Shown here: in pieces, positions 1 through 12,503 of the stretch | Position numbering within the stretch: position 1 is the stretch's first letter | Layout: each line of letters starts with the position of its first letter | Source of the DNA: Haliotis rufescens | Taxonomy: Eukaryota | Direction: 5' to 3' | Assembly: GCF_023055435.1 (NCBI RefSeq) | Contig: NW_025963813.1 | Coordinates: 31,496,001 to 31,560,000 of the forward strand | DNA: 64,000 nucleotides | Program-made: the position numbers and the translations under genes | Notes under the pieces: model-generated | What the model saw: the letters and a program-made list of their open reading frames with translations, nothing else | Told to the model about the DNA's origin: nothing | Database searches by the model: none

Positions 1-132
1 ATTGCAAAAGTTACAAAACGCCATGGGACTTCTTAGCTCCTCTAGGTTGTTGTATGTTCGTCAAAGGTGTTTCTTAAGGCATCTAAAATAAACAATATAT
101 CCTTCCCAAACTAATTTGAAGGATATGGCTAT

Positions 133-193
133 GACAGATTAACTATTGTCATTTGAAAAAATCGGGTGTTCTTTAACTTCTTTTGTGTAGTAT
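133..193. mobile_element. Terminal inverted repeat of a Tc1/mariner-like element
   Basis: gacagattaactattgtcatttgaaaaaatcgggtgttctttaacttcttttgtgtagtata closely matches the right arm of the element at 48322-48456 and ends in TA. Confidence 0.55.
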
Positions 194-819
194 ATTTGAC
201 GATATTATGCACCGACGTCAAAATATACCCTAAGGGCTGGTGAAGGATTGACATTTAGATTTAAAGCCGAATTTTCATTTCAATGCCTAATGCAGTTTGA
301 TATTCTTTTATCTCATGTAAAGTTTCATGCAAATACCACTTTGTTACGGAAATTCCACTGCCTTTACTTTGTGCTGTTTTTTATATGCTTCACTCGGTAA
401 TCTCCTGGATTCTCGATTACTCCCGGATGACCGTCCACATTGTTTACAGCATTGTACATTTCAATCACCTGGAAGTAACGTCTAGTAAAAGCCGTACAAT
501 TCGGTTTTAAGTTCCAGCGTTAATCAGTGTCTATTTCATCCTCTATTAGTTTCTTTGCAATACGTATTCAGCTGGGTAATTGGCATTGGAAAAGTAATAA
601 TTTTGCAAATTCCCCTTGACCAAGTCTATAATGCAGTGTATGTGTTCCTGGTTTGCCATGCCTGTAAGACCTTGGCTTTTGTAATTTGGGAACATATACT
701 TTGAAACCTTGTGACGCTATAAATGGTGTTTTTTTTAAACAAGGGTGTGTATATAATTGTTTGGAAGGTGAGTAAGTGAGTGAGTGTGGGTGAACGAGTG
801 TGGGTGGGTGGGTGGGATG

Positions 820-1175
820 CGCGTGCCTGTAGAGCGGAAGGTCGATGGTTTGATCTCATACCAGAAGACGTTCAATGATGGTACTTGTTGTTACCCTGGC
901 GTGGCGTACTATAGCGACGCTAAGGAGGAGTCAGTATTCTGTGTATGAGTTGGGTTTACGCGTTTACCTGCAGCGTAGTTTCTCAGCGGGCTAGCCCTAT
1001 AAAAGGTAGCACACAACACACACACACACACACACACACACCTTGCATAACCTTGAGTGCGACGAGTGCTAGCCCTATAAAAGGTAGTACATGCGGACAC
1101 ACACACACACACACACACACCACACACATACACACAGACACACCTTGCATAACCTTGAGTGCGACGAGTGCAATC
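820..1175 (+). mobile_element. Degraded Meta-type SINE with a duplicated (CA)n-containing 3' segment
   Basis: Aligns to 1391-1716 (gagcggaaggtc...cataccagaagacgt...atggtacttgttg). The block gctagccctataaaaggtag-(CA)n-accttgcataaccttgagtgcgacgagtg occurs twice. Confidence 0.65.
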
Positions 1176-1390
1176 TCATCACCTCACCTGCTGTCGCGTC
1201 GATTTTGTTGATGAAAAATAACGCAAAAAAATATGTGGATTCTAATAGCTCTTTGTGCAAAACACAATATGTTTATTGAATTCAACTTCTTTCTCAGAAC
1301 AACAAGCCTTACAAAATAAACAGCTGGTGCCTTCCTGCCTACCATCAGGGGCTGAACGTTATAACTGTGCTGGGTATTTCGTTTCTAACC

Positions 1391-1716
1391 GACCGCCTCC
1401 GTGATCTGGTGGTAGAGCGTCCGCCCGGAGAGCGGAAGGTCCGGGGTTCGATCCCCGGCCGCGTCATACCAAAAGACGTTAAAAGATGGTACTTGTTGTT
1501 TACCTGTCTGGCGCTCGGCATTAAGGGGCTAAAACAAGGACTGGTCGGCTCGGAGTCAGCATACTGTGTCTGAGTTGGGTATTCATGTTAAACTGCGGCA
1601 TGGTATCTCAGTGAGCTAGCACTATAAATCGGCATCAGTCCGGACTAGTACAAGCAGTCACACAAACACACACAAGTACATAATGAGTGTAATTATCTTG
1701 GACGCGACGTTAAACC
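1391..1716 (+). mobile_element. tRNA-derived SINE with a Meta-domain-like body
   Basis: tRNA-like head with A box (tggtggtagagc) and B box (ggttcgatccc). Body ggtacttgttgtttacctgtctggcgctcggcattaaggg resembles the MetaSINE core. Tail gcgacgttaaac. TSD cgtttctaac at 1380-1389 and 1717-1726. Confidence 0.85.
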
Positions 1717-1886
1717 CGTTTCTAACTACGGGATTTGGCACGTATAAATACGCATTGGCATTCGCAAATCTATGACATATAAGTTTGTATCAGAGTAAAA
1801 TAAGTATCACTACTATGAAGCCAGGAAGGATGGCAGCATATCCTTCCATTGTTAGCATGTCTTCATTCTTATATTGTTGGATTGTA

Positions 1887-2061
1887 CAGTAAACTACGGC
1901 TATAACGAACTCAAAGGGACCACTAATTTTAGTGCGTTATAACCGTAGTTCGTTGTAAGCATATATGCAGCACACATACAACAAATGGCCGTGACTAAAC
2001 AATATGTTCGTTATAACGGTCAGTTCGTTATAAGCGTGTTCGTTATAACCGTAGTTTACTG
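1887..2061. mobile_element. pogo/Tigger-like MITE (175 bp)
   Basis: TIRs cagtaaactacggctataacgaac / gttcgttataaccgtagtttactg with TA on both sides. Second copy at 42917-43091. Confidence 0.9.
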
Positions 2062-2169
2062 TAATCATCGATTAGCTGTAGAATGGGCTCGATTCCCAGC
2101 ATGCGCCCGTAATGAGTTTTGCTTTTTCAGCAACATACCCGTCTAAAATCTGCTTCTTTTTGGCCTATC

Positions 2170-2680
2170 CTCCCGCGTCAAGCTGACAAAATTATGTCCG
2201 ATGCAACTCCCTATTTTGACTTGTACCACATGTGTCCGGGTGAACAAATGTGTGTTTGTTTGATTGCTGTTTAACGCCAAACGGAGCAATATCCCAGCTA
2301 TATGACGGCAGACTGTGAAAAACCGAGTCTGGACCAGACAATCCTGTGACTGACATCATGAGCATCGATCCATGCAATTGGGATCGATGACATGCATCAA
2401 CCAAGTCAGCGAGCCTGACCACCCGATCCTGTTAGTCGCCTCTTACGACAAGTATAGTCGTCTTTTATGGCAAACATTGGTTGCTGAAGGTAAACAAATG
2501 ACTTGCCTTTGCATGTAATTGTGACGAGTGCCACCGGTGGGGCAGGGTAGGCTCACCTTTTCGCGAATACCCGGTATCACTATTTGATAGTGATTCATAA
2601 ACACATACTCCTGATATAGTCGGAATCGTAAATTCGATTCTGCTTTTGGCAGAGATTTCTTTTGAATATAGAAAGAGTTT
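2170..2680 (+). mobile_element. Penelope-like element 3' fragment, interrupted by family X
   Basis: Aligns with 15590-15790 and 34965-35230 (tgacaaaa..gatgcaa..ctatttt..ggtgaaca..ttgcctttgca..gccaccggtgggg). Confidence 0.6.
2253..2487 (-). mobile_element. Family X short retroposon, slightly 5'-truncated
   Basis: Matches the family X consensus. TSD ggtgaacaaatg / ggtaaacaaatg. Confidence 0.9.
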
Positions 2681-3584
2681 GAGGTGAGAGGTGATATCGA
2701 GGCTGCGCATAGTTTGGGGTTGATGTCTATTGTATAGAGTGACTATGTCCATCCTAATGGGCCGGAGGATGAATAGGACTTCATTCAAAATGTTTCCAAA
2801 TGTTGATCAGAGGGAGGCGAATGTTTTCAAATGTATGTTTTCCTCATTGGTTCATTGAATCTCAATTTCTGACAGCATGTTACACGTTTCTTGGTTTTGT
2901 ATTCGACTGACGACCGACTATCGTCCTAGGGCAGTTTTCTCTGAAAAGAAATAATCTGAACGTTTGCTTTTCAGAATTCTGATATTTTGCGCCCGAATAT
3001 GATCGGCAACGGACATCTTACATCAACATCCTTCGGCGATTTATGTTTTTAGTATCTGACACGCAGATATTTAAATTGGAAATGTTTGAGTTTAACTCAA
3101 ATTTCGAGCAGCAACTAAGGTATCACTTATTTTTGCGTCAGTCTGTATCTGTTTGTCCCTTCTTGACCAAAGGACCCCGTCTGTCACGACTTCAGCCCTT
3201 GCAATAATCTGAAGAAATTAGCAAGCCCAGGAAAGTGACAACATATCCTGTATTAAATGTCGCGGTTGCTATCCCACATCCAACGCCCTCATATCGATCT
3301 ATCGATCTGCGATCAGACAGCAACAGCATACGATGTTCGTTCCTTCTCGGATAGACATTGTTATGACCGTATGTTGTCCCTCCAGGTTTTCAAAAGGGTT
3401 GCCAAGTTTCCTAAATCATGACTTTCCCGCTAGATCAGGCTTTTTTTCGAAATATCTTTTGTGTGAGATGAAGTAAACAATAAGCCAAATTATAGCGGAA
3501 ATGTCAGTTCTAATTCTTATGGTTTTATGGATATTACAAATTGAATACGTTCAGTCTGGAATGGCTGCTCTACGTACAGGGAAC

Positions 3585-3702
3585 ACGGATGGGCCAATCG
3601 CATGAGGCTACACAATTCGCTGTGCAGAGTTGCATCCTTGAACACGCCAGAAGCCTATGATCGTGCTTTTGAATCCATGTTCGTCCATATTATGTTTCTA
3701 GA
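3585..3702 (+). mobile_element. Head fragment of the long-head (Leu/Ser-like) tRNA SINE
   Basis: attcgctgtgcagagttgcatccttgaacacgccagaagcctatga aligns with 41815-41900. Confidence 0.7.
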
Positions 3703-3824
3703 CCTGTAGCTGGTGGTAAACGTTCGCGACATGGATCACTTCTGGATTTCCTCCCCACCGTTCCTGACGCACCGTTCAAACCCAATTCACTTACTATTTA
3801 CCTGCAACGTTATGAAGATGCCAT

Positions 3825-4000
3825 CAAACCTTGATATGGAAATATTCCATTACTGTCATTAGGATTCATACGAAGATCTTAATGAATTACAATAACCCAT
3901 TTCAATTCCCCAATTACGAAGACCAAGATTACCATAGTTATTGAAAATATGGATCTCTGATGACTTCAATAAGCCATAAATTAAGGACTGACACGAAACC
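3825..4000 (-). pseudogene. Decayed non-LTR reverse transcriptase fragment (RTE/L1-like)
   Basis: Minus-strand LRNWGIEMGYCNSLRSSYES and nearby EYFHIKV resemble the L..GI....I..LY region after RT domain 3. Heavily degraded. Confidence 0.35.
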
Positions 4001-4789
4001 ACAAATCCACCTGGTGAAGAATTAAGAGAAACAATCACCACATAACCTTATCACGGTAATATTATATACATGTATGTATCAAACATGAGAGTGTATTATT
4101 CTTATGCTAAAAAATTGGAAATGGACGGTACACAGGGGTTTATGCATTAATGAATCGGTGTCATGACAAGCGTCGTTCACCTTTCATGGTTATTATCTTG
4201 CCGTGAGCGAATGGTGGGGCCATTAATCCTGTTGACGTTTTGGCCAAACGCTTCGCCGATATGCATCTTGATAGTCATAGAGAATGGATGTGGGGATGAT
4301 TATTTGAATCGTGTTCGAAGATAAATGAGATTATTGCATTTATGTGAGTAAAAGCTTTTCGCTCTGATGCGTTATAACGACCATTTATGTTGATTTTAGT
4401 GGTGATTGAGAGGAAATCTCCTTTGTCTTCTTATCAAAGCATGATACATTATTACCACCGTAAAAAAAACAGGATGTCATGTCAAAAGAAACGTATCGAC
4501 CAATCTGTTGGAGCAAAAATAAATAGTTACAACGCTGATAAACATTCTCAGGAGCGCTTCATGGTACTTGCATTTAATTACTTGTAATTGTCCGCGAGGT
4601 GTTAAACCAAATCGTTTTTGATTTGTTGAACAGAGGGCTGGGAAACACTGTATTAATGGTTGTGATTAGCTGTTTTTTCACTGCACCTTCGGCAATCTCT
4701 CAGCCAAATGGTCGGGCAAAACAAGAACGTGAGAAAAGATACACGCCATTGTGACACGGTGATGTGCCATCAGCAAGAATAAGAATAAG

Positions 4790-5560
4790 AATACTGTACT
4801 TGGGGGTGCAGGTTAGAGGCAAACTCCAGAATGTCCATATCAAAGACAAACTTGATAGACAAAGACAAAGACAAACTTGACAGAATACAAAATTAATGTA
4901 GACTTACGAAAATCTGGAGTTGAGAGCTGAACGCTCGCAATAAAGTCAAAGCCACAAATACTTATGCTGTACCCGTCCTTTCGTATTCTTTTGGTGTTGT
5001 TGATTGGACGAAACACGAAATTCAGGGTATTGACACCCTCACACGAAGAATCATGGCAGACAATAGATCCCAGCACCCTTGCCTCAATCGCTTATATTTA
5101 CCAATTATGATGGGAGGGCGTGGTTTGATTAACGTGAAAGGCCCTTCATGATAGAACTGTATGGTGCACTTTTGCACACATGTATGTGTCTGATGATCCT
5201 CTTGTGAAGCATGTCAAGACACATGGTGAAAACAAGGCATGCCACTGTTTCCTTAAACGAGCCAAGGATGTGGGACATAATCTTAGTGTCAGTGTTAATT
5301 TTGTGGATGGTTCCGTACTGCTGGACGGTAGAGAAATGAGTGTCAACCAAGCGAAGTGCCATCATGATGTCAAAGACTCAGGGAGAGGCTATATGAACGA
5401 CCACTATGATAAATTCAAAATTCTTTGGAATAGGCCCATATACAGCATCAGCTCTATCCAGGCCAACACAAACTGTTCTTGTCCGTTTATGAAATCATTT
5501 ATGTTATTGAATTTTCTGTCCCTTTTGACTCTTATGTTATTGACAAGATTCAGACCATTG
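4790..5560 (+). mobile_element. R4/Dong-type RLE retrotransposon, truncated copy 1
   Basis: Broken frames give YLGV, LNARNKVKATNTYAVPVLSYSFGVVDWTKHEIQGIDTLTRRIM, RLYLP..GGRGL and DKFKILWNRPIYS..IQAN. Clear homologue of 11130-12503. Confidence 0.85.
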
Positions 5561-6059
5561 ACGAATTGACACGGTAGCTCATATTTCCGAATGAACCAAT
5601 CCACATGTTTTGAATTTTTGAAGTCACTCTACAGTTACACGTTCCGTTTGGATATCGTTAGAACACCTTGTATGTGAATGGCGTAGAGAGCAAGCGATAC
5701 ATACATGCATCGACCAAGCGTCTGTTAAATTTATTACTTCGAACAATCATCCTATAGTAGTTTCAAATAAATGTCGATTGGGTTACTCAAAGGTAATCTG
5801 AAAAGAAATCCTCTTGAAATACTTATAAATTGGTATTCAAAGACATCAAGATAAACATTGGCATAATTGATAAATCTACTGCCCTTTAAAAGAGCGACTA
5901 AAATACACATGTAGATATCGGCACGTTTTGCATGGCAAAGTGACTGTATAATTGGATATATTTCAGGGCCGGTAAAATATCTATTTTGTGCTAGCTTACT
6001 CGAACGAAAGGAGAACGTGACATGTTGTAAATTACAATCTGTTTCCATATGAAAATTGG

Positions 6060-6330
6060 CTATTTTCGATTGCACCTAAGGGGCTCAAGCCGATGAATTC
6101 TGGCTGTTTCCATTCCTGGTGTGACGCTGAAAAGACTAACCACTGACCTTCTAAAGTTATTGAATCTGAGCAGGAACGTTCGCCCCGGTCTACCAAGCTT
6201 GTTTTGGGCTTCGTAAATATAACCATTGACGCCCAACTGAAGACAACGTGTTCGAGAACTCTTAAAACATAAACACAAAGATATCGTGTGTTTCTTACTA
6301 CGTCCGAACTGGCAGATCGAGCTTCCATCT
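6060..6330 (-). pseudogene. Decayed GIY-YIG endonuclease of a Penelope-like (Neptune/Poseidon-type) element
   Basis: ORF 6060..6362 reads KSS..RCLQ...YIYEAQNKL...LRFNNFR...ETARIHRLEPL..N, which parallels CKSS..C..C..QYVGET..L..RFNNHR...E..WI..L..L.P.GLN. Confidence 0.45.
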
Positions 6331-7774
6331 GTAAACGTTACAAATGACGCCCTGGGGTTCACATGTATTGTTTAGTTAGACTCGCTTTCTTAGAACCCTT
6401 CAAGGCGTTTACGATTATGTAAATAAGGTGCACAGTAAAAGCTGCATTATTAATACTACCAAGGGCGTATTTGAAGATTTCACTTTTCTGTGCTCGTATA
6501 AATGCATAAAAGAATTCCTTGTTCGAATAACTGTTGTGTATGATGTTACAAGTGATACAGCTGTCATCCAGGGTCTGTAAAAATGAAATTCAATCAGTTC
6601 TAGGTTCTAAATGCGGACTTGTTTGTAAGGGCGTTTGAAACTACTACCCTTGGCGCCCAGAAGAGAGACCCTTCTTCCTGTTCGATAGAACCATTTAATT
6701 AGGATCAAATCTCAAAGGCATGCCATGGTTATGATTACCAATGCCTTGCTGTCGTTTAACTATTCCGCTGATAGTTAGAAATATGGGTGCGGTATCTTAA
6801 GGAATCCTCGCGTATGCAAAACGATAGTTTCAAAGACACTCACTTTACATCATGGAACATGGTGGTCTCGTATAGTACTGATGGCATTTCTAAAATCAAC
6901 ATATTCCGTATACTAGTAATTTGTGTCTTTGAATCTGATAAAAGTTCAGGATTTCAAAAACGAATGGACTTCATAGACGAGAAAAAGGCGTACATTGTAT
7001 TCTGTCTGTTTCCAGATTAATCTCATATTCCACACACGAAGGACCGTTAAGTCATAGTCGATATTCTCATCACTTACAAACTATCTACAGAGATAAATTT
7101 AGACTAAGATTGACATATTGAATTGAATGTTCTGACACGTACATAGAAAGGCTATGCACCGCATGGAGAGTTGCGCTGAGGGTGACACGAATCTTCTTGT
7201 CCGTTTTTGTGTTCTGTTTCAAAAAATATCTTTGAGACAAAGTCACTTAAGTATTTGAACAGCTGCGGAAATGTAACCATTTTGGTTTTTAAATGACCCC
7301 GTGTGCTAAGCCTGCAACGAGACAACTTCCCATGTCCTGGGGAGGATTGATCGTAAGCTCAGTATATTGTCAGTCTGGGTTGGGATGTAAAAAAAAAGCA
7401 ATTCAACCGCGTCAGTGTATAGCGGAGTGTATGATTACTGTGCAGTGGTTGGTCGTTGAGCTTTTTGCGTTGATGTTTGTCACGACTAATGGGGATTGAC
7501 TAGGTATCAAAAAAATAAAACGTAGATGAAAGGTTAATTGTGTAATATATGACTAAAATTGATATTTAGGAAATATGTATGTTGTCCCTGTTTTAAATGA
7601 CGGTGTGACATTTTGCAGTCACCTCGTCTCAGGTGATAGTTGCATTATTGAAATAATTAGACATTATTTGAACGTTGGGACCAACTTCACCCCGATGATG
7701 TTGTAAGTGTTTGAATCACGTTTACCTTACAGATAGTTTGATTGATTCATTGTTTCTATTAAATAGAAACATGT

Positions 7775-8925
7775 TTGATTGTTGGGTCCACTTTCACTTA
7801 GAGAATGCTTTAATTGTTGGGACACATTTTCCTATAGAATACTTCAATTGTTGGGTCCACCTTGCCCGAGAGAATGCTTTAATTGTTGGGACACATTTTC
7901 CTATAGAGTGCTTCAATTGTTGGGTCCACCATGCCCTAGGGAATGCTTTAATTGTTGGGACACATTTTCCTATAGAGTGCTTCAATTGTTGGGTCCACCT
8001 TGCCCGAGAGAATGCTTTAATTGTTAAGACACATTTTCCTATAGAGTGCTTTAATTGTTGGGTCCACCATGCCCGATAGAATACTTTAATTGTTGGGACA
8101 CATTTTCCTATAGAGTGCTTCAATTGTTGGGTCCACCTTGCCCGAGAGAATGCTTTAATTGTTGGGTCCACCTTGCCCTAGAGAATGCTTTAATTGTTGG
8201 GAGCCATTTTCCTATAGAGTGCTTCAATTGTTGGGCCCACCTTGCCCTAGAGAATGCTTTAATTGTTGGGACACATTTTCCCATAGAATACTTCAATTGT
8301 TGGGTCCACCTTGCCCTAAAGAATGCTTTAATTGTTGGGACACATTTTCCTATAGAGTGCTTCAATTGTTGGGTCCACCTTGCCCTAGAGAATGCTTTAA
8401 TTGTTGGGACACATTTTCCCATAGAATACTTTAATTGTTGGGACACATTTTCCCATAGAATACTTCAACTGTTGGGTCCACCTTGCCCGAGAGAATGCTT
8501 TAATTGTTGGGACACATTTTCCTATAAAGTCCTTCAATTGTTGGGTCCACCTTGCCCTAGAGAATGCTTTAATTGTTGGGACACATTTTCCTATAGAATG
8601 CTTCAATTGTTGGGTCCACCTTGCCCTAGAGAATGATTTAATTGTTGGGACACATTTTCCTATAGAATGCTTCAATTGTTGGGTCCACCTTGCCCTAGAG
8701 AATGCTTTAATTGTTGGGACACATTTTCTTATAGAATGCTTCAATTGTTGGGTCTACCTTGCCCTATAGAATGCTTTAAATGTTGGGACACATTTTCCTA
8801 TAGAATGCTTCAATTGTTGGGTTCACCTTGCCCTAGAGAATGCTTTAAATGTTGGGACACATTTTCCTATAGAATGCTTCAATTGTTGGGTCCACCTTGC
8901 CCTAGAGAATGCTTTAATTATTGAC
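7775..8925. repeat. 69-bp dimeric satellite (34-bp A + 35-bp B subunits)
   Basis: A=aattgttgggacacattttcctatagagtgcttc and B=aattgttgggtccaccttgccctagagaatgcttt alternate about 16 times. Confidence 0.97.
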
Positions 8926-9068
8926 TCCACTTTATATGGTTTAACTGTTTAATCCACCTTCACCTTACTGATTGTTTGATTGATTGATCCGCTATGAGAA
9001 ATACAAATTTTTAAAGCACCTTCACATAAAGAAATGTTTGATATGCATTTCTGAACCAATTTCTCCAC

Positions 9069-9285
9069 AGGTCTTCAACAACCCATGCTTGCCGTAAAAG
9101 GTGACTAACGGGATCGGGTGGTCAGGCTCGCTGACTTGGTTGATGCATGTCATCGATCCCAATTGCTGGGATCGATGCTCATGATATTAATCACTGGATT
9201 GTCTGGTCCAGGCTCGATTATTTACAGACCGCCGTCATATAGCTGAAATATTGCTGAGTGTAAGTTAAACAACAAACAAACAAAC
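9069..9285 (+). mobile_element. Family X short retroposon, single-hairpin variant
   Basis: ggtcttcaacaacccatgcttgccgtaaaaggtgactaacgggatcggg ... gttaaac followed by (AAAC)n. Confidence 0.9.
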
Positions 9286-9817
9286 AGAACAGTTATACAA
9301 GTGGTTGCTATCGGTTCATACAAAACAACAACGCTCACGGTCAACGTGTGAAGGCTTATATCACGAACGGTTCTGGTCGAGACTGATCCATTTTTCCTAC
9401 AAAAGTGCGGCGTTAAGCAACAAACCAACCAACCAACTCTAATTTCGAAGTTGAATCGTCCCTTGCTAAGTTACTGATTTGCTTTTATATTGATAAGGTC
9501 TGGCCGTAACGTTACCACGCTCCTGGTCGGAGAGCACTTTGTATTAATCCAGTAACTTGAAGAACCGAATACAGTGCTTCAAAAATGTATTCGGGGGCGG
9601 TACCTCTGGGTCAGGATTCGTCTTATAATTAAGAAGAATTGTTTTATAAGATGGCTTTGTTATAGCAGGTGCAGTGTCATGACATTTCTGTGTAAATATG
9701 ATCCAGCATACACAACTGTTGTGAACGCTGTTTGCACAAATACATCTTGTTTGGCGGCAGGAATGATTTCAACTAACTACTAAGAAGCTTTAGATGCACA
9801 ATTTATACTAGTATATA

Positions 9818-10398
9818 CGGTAAATCTTGAAATTAACGCGAGCGTGAATTAAATGCGAAAAAATGCGAGTGGTCTTTGCTCGCATTTTTAAAAATCGCAT
9901 TTATATCAACAATAAGACATTTTGGATAGCAAAAATACCAACTTAGACATACGCTGATGTATTCCACACCACTGTTTATTGAGCAGCACTTGTATATAAA
10001 GTATATAAATAATGTCATTCAAACACTAATTACATCCTGTGAATTGTCACTTAGGGGGTCAAGACAAGAGTTCTACTCACTCATCACTGATCACACCTGC
10101 AAGTCCAGACAGACGCCACTCTTTGTTCTTTGCGACTGCGTCAAAGGCGGACACGAGCCAGTGCGCATGTATTGTTTTTGCGGAAGTACGTTACTCAGCG
10201 CTAATAATTATAAGCGGTGCTATTTGGTAGGTGATTGGATTAAGGTGAGGGTTCTAAACCTGCCTGAGGACATTTTCTTTAGATAGAAATCCACTGATGC
10301 TTGAGAGGAGGGGGTGTCGCATTCATATTGAGTCGCATTTTTGGCTAGGGTCCAGTGGTCGCATTCTTTTGGAGACGCATTAATTTCACGATTTACAG
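9818..10398. mobile_element. Tc1/pogo-like non-autonomous DNA transposon (581 bp)
   Basis: TIRs cggtaaatcttgaaattaacgcg / cgcattaatttcacgatttacag (20 of 23 match) with TA flanks. Confidence 0.75.
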
Positions 10399-10839
10399 TA
10401 ATAAGTAATTTAATTAACTTAGAACGGTGGGTGTCTTCAGAACCACCTGGTCTCATTATCGTCATATGAAATGCTGTGTTCAATGTCTGAATACGAATGC
10501 TCGAGGGATTTCTGATCTATGTTGATCCTTGTGGAAACTTTAGTTGATGGTCCCTTGCAAATAGGTAACGACAGGCCCGATTATAATATAAACAAGGGAT
10601 TGCTTTCAGAGTACGTCTGTAGCCATAGAATGCCCCAAGCAAATGAGGAAACACGCTGTAGACAAGGATTTTAATGAGCCCATGGAATAATAGATACATT
10701 AGTTTGAAAATATTGATTGCTTTAAGGCTTGAATTAGAAGGATGGTCGAACTTTATTAATAAATGCTATTACGTACATACTGGTATATGTTCCAAATCGT
10801 GCTGTTCGGTCTATAGACAAATCCTGCTTGACACAGCTA

Positions 10840-11129
10840 AGTATCAGAACCAATATAAGACAGAGCATTCGCTTCAGCTGCTCCAACTCTCTGCAACACT
10901 CTCCCTGTTTCAGTCAGGACAATTCCATCAGAAGCATCTTTCAAAATACCTCCAAAGACTCAGTTATTCGAAATTGCTTTTTAAACATTTAAACATCTCT
11001 GTACAACATGTGGCTTTCTCTCTTAGGTCTTCTCACCGCTGTTGAGCAGCGTGTGATGGAAATTAGTCGCGATACAAATTATAATTATGATTATTTGTAT
11101 TATTAGGATTAATATTATTATCATTATTA
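10840..11129 (+). mobile_element. L2-type LINE 3' end with (ATT)-rich tail
   Basis: Translates to AFASAAPTLCNTLPVSVRTIPSEASFKIPPKTQLF, matching the L2/CR1-group C-terminus AF..AAP.LWN.LP..IR...S...FK..LKT.LF. A short 3' UTR and ATT repeats follow. Confidence 0.75.
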
Positions 11130-12503
11130 CACATTAAAATACAAAACTGCCGGCAATTGGATTATTACACAGTTAGACAGGTAAGGCTCATTACCAGCTC
11201 AGGGCCCTTGCCCCCTTTACAAGCAGCCCAAACAGCGAATGGGACTTCTCCAAGGAAGCGCTGCCTGGTTGAACCCACACATAACTTTTCGGAGAATGTG
11301 AAAACTCCCAAACACTGCAGCTGTCTGCATTACCCGGATTGTCAGAAGGGCTGTGTTTCTGGCAGCAAACCCGGAAACTCTCCCAATCTCAGTCCCACAT
11401 TGGGAGGTACCAAACCTAAGGCACCGAGAACAATGGGGAGTCAGACAACTTGGATCCTTGGATGCAAGCATGACAATTCCAAAACGAGGTCCGCATTTTT
11501 GTCATGTTTTTCTCAAATCTTGTCAATCACATTGGTGTCAAAAGGGACAGAAAATTCATTAATATAAATGATTTCTTTGGATTTATCAAAACGGACACGA
11601 TCAGGCTTGTTGGCCTGGATACGTCTGAGGCTGTAAACGGGCCTATTCCAAAGAATTTGGTATTTATCATTTTCCATGACGCCCTCTACATATTTCGTGT
11701 TTGTGCCAAAGCTGGGCATTCACTGACAATGTGCAACATCACACAATAACGGTTTCGAGTAGGAAGTGACTGGTCCTGAGCAGCACACAGAAAGTCTTCT
11801 GTTTCACTTTTCAGGCCAGCCGACTTCATCCAAGCAAAGAACTCTGCAGGATTGCTGATCTTCTCAACACACTGCACATAAACTCGATGCACTGGTCGTT
11901 CAGATAGCCTCTCCTTGAAAAAATTGAGTCTGGGCCGATTTGATATGGCACTTCGCTTGGTTGACACTCAATTCTCTACCGTCCAGCAGTATAGAACCAT
12001 CAACAAAATCCACACCGACATTGAGATCATGTCCCACATCCTTGGCTCGTTTTAGAAAACTGTGGAATGCCTTGTTTTCATCATGAGTCTTGACATGCTT
12101 CACAAGAGGATCATCAGACACATAAATGTGTGCAAAAGTGCACAATACAATTTTATCAAGAAGAGCCTCCACGTTAATCAAACCACGCCCTCCATTCATA
12201 GTTGGTAAATATAAGCGACCGAGGGAAGAGCGAGGGTGGTGGGATCTACTGTCTGCCATGATTCTTCGTGTGAGGGTGTCACTACCCTGAATTTCGTGTT
12301 TCGTCCAATCAACAACACCAAAAGAATACGAAAGGACAGATACAGCATAAATATTTGTGGCTATGACTTTATTGCGAGCGTTCAGCTCTCAACTCCAGTT
12401 TTTCATTTATTCTACATTTGTTCTCTGCCCGAAGTTTTCCCTTGATATGGGCATTCTGGAGTTTGTCCCTTATCTACATCCCTAAGTACGTATAGGTCTG
12501 ACC
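11130..12503 (-). mobile_element. R4/Dong-type RLE retrotransposon, 5'-truncated copy 2 with intact 3' end
   Basis: YTYLGM; HHPRSSLGRLYLPTMNGGRGLINVE; WMKSAGLKSETEDFLCAAQDQSLPT; HIVSECPALA; ILWNRPVYSLRRIQANKPD...EFSVPFDTNV (PD..E nuclease); MQTAAVFGSFHILRKV. TAA repeats on both sides. Frameshifts and deletions present. Confidence 0.9.

Noticed and set aside
1391-1465. tRNA gene
   Set aside because: It is the head of a TSD-flanked SINE.
7711-8924. Cys-rich ORFs up to 193 aa
   Set aside because: They arise in several frames on both strands from a 69-bp satellite, with no unique coding flanks.
7775-8925. CRISPR-like periodicity (aattgttggg every 34-35 bp)
   Set aside because: The intervening sequences are themselves repeated rather than unique spacers. 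There are no cas genes and the context is eukaryotic.
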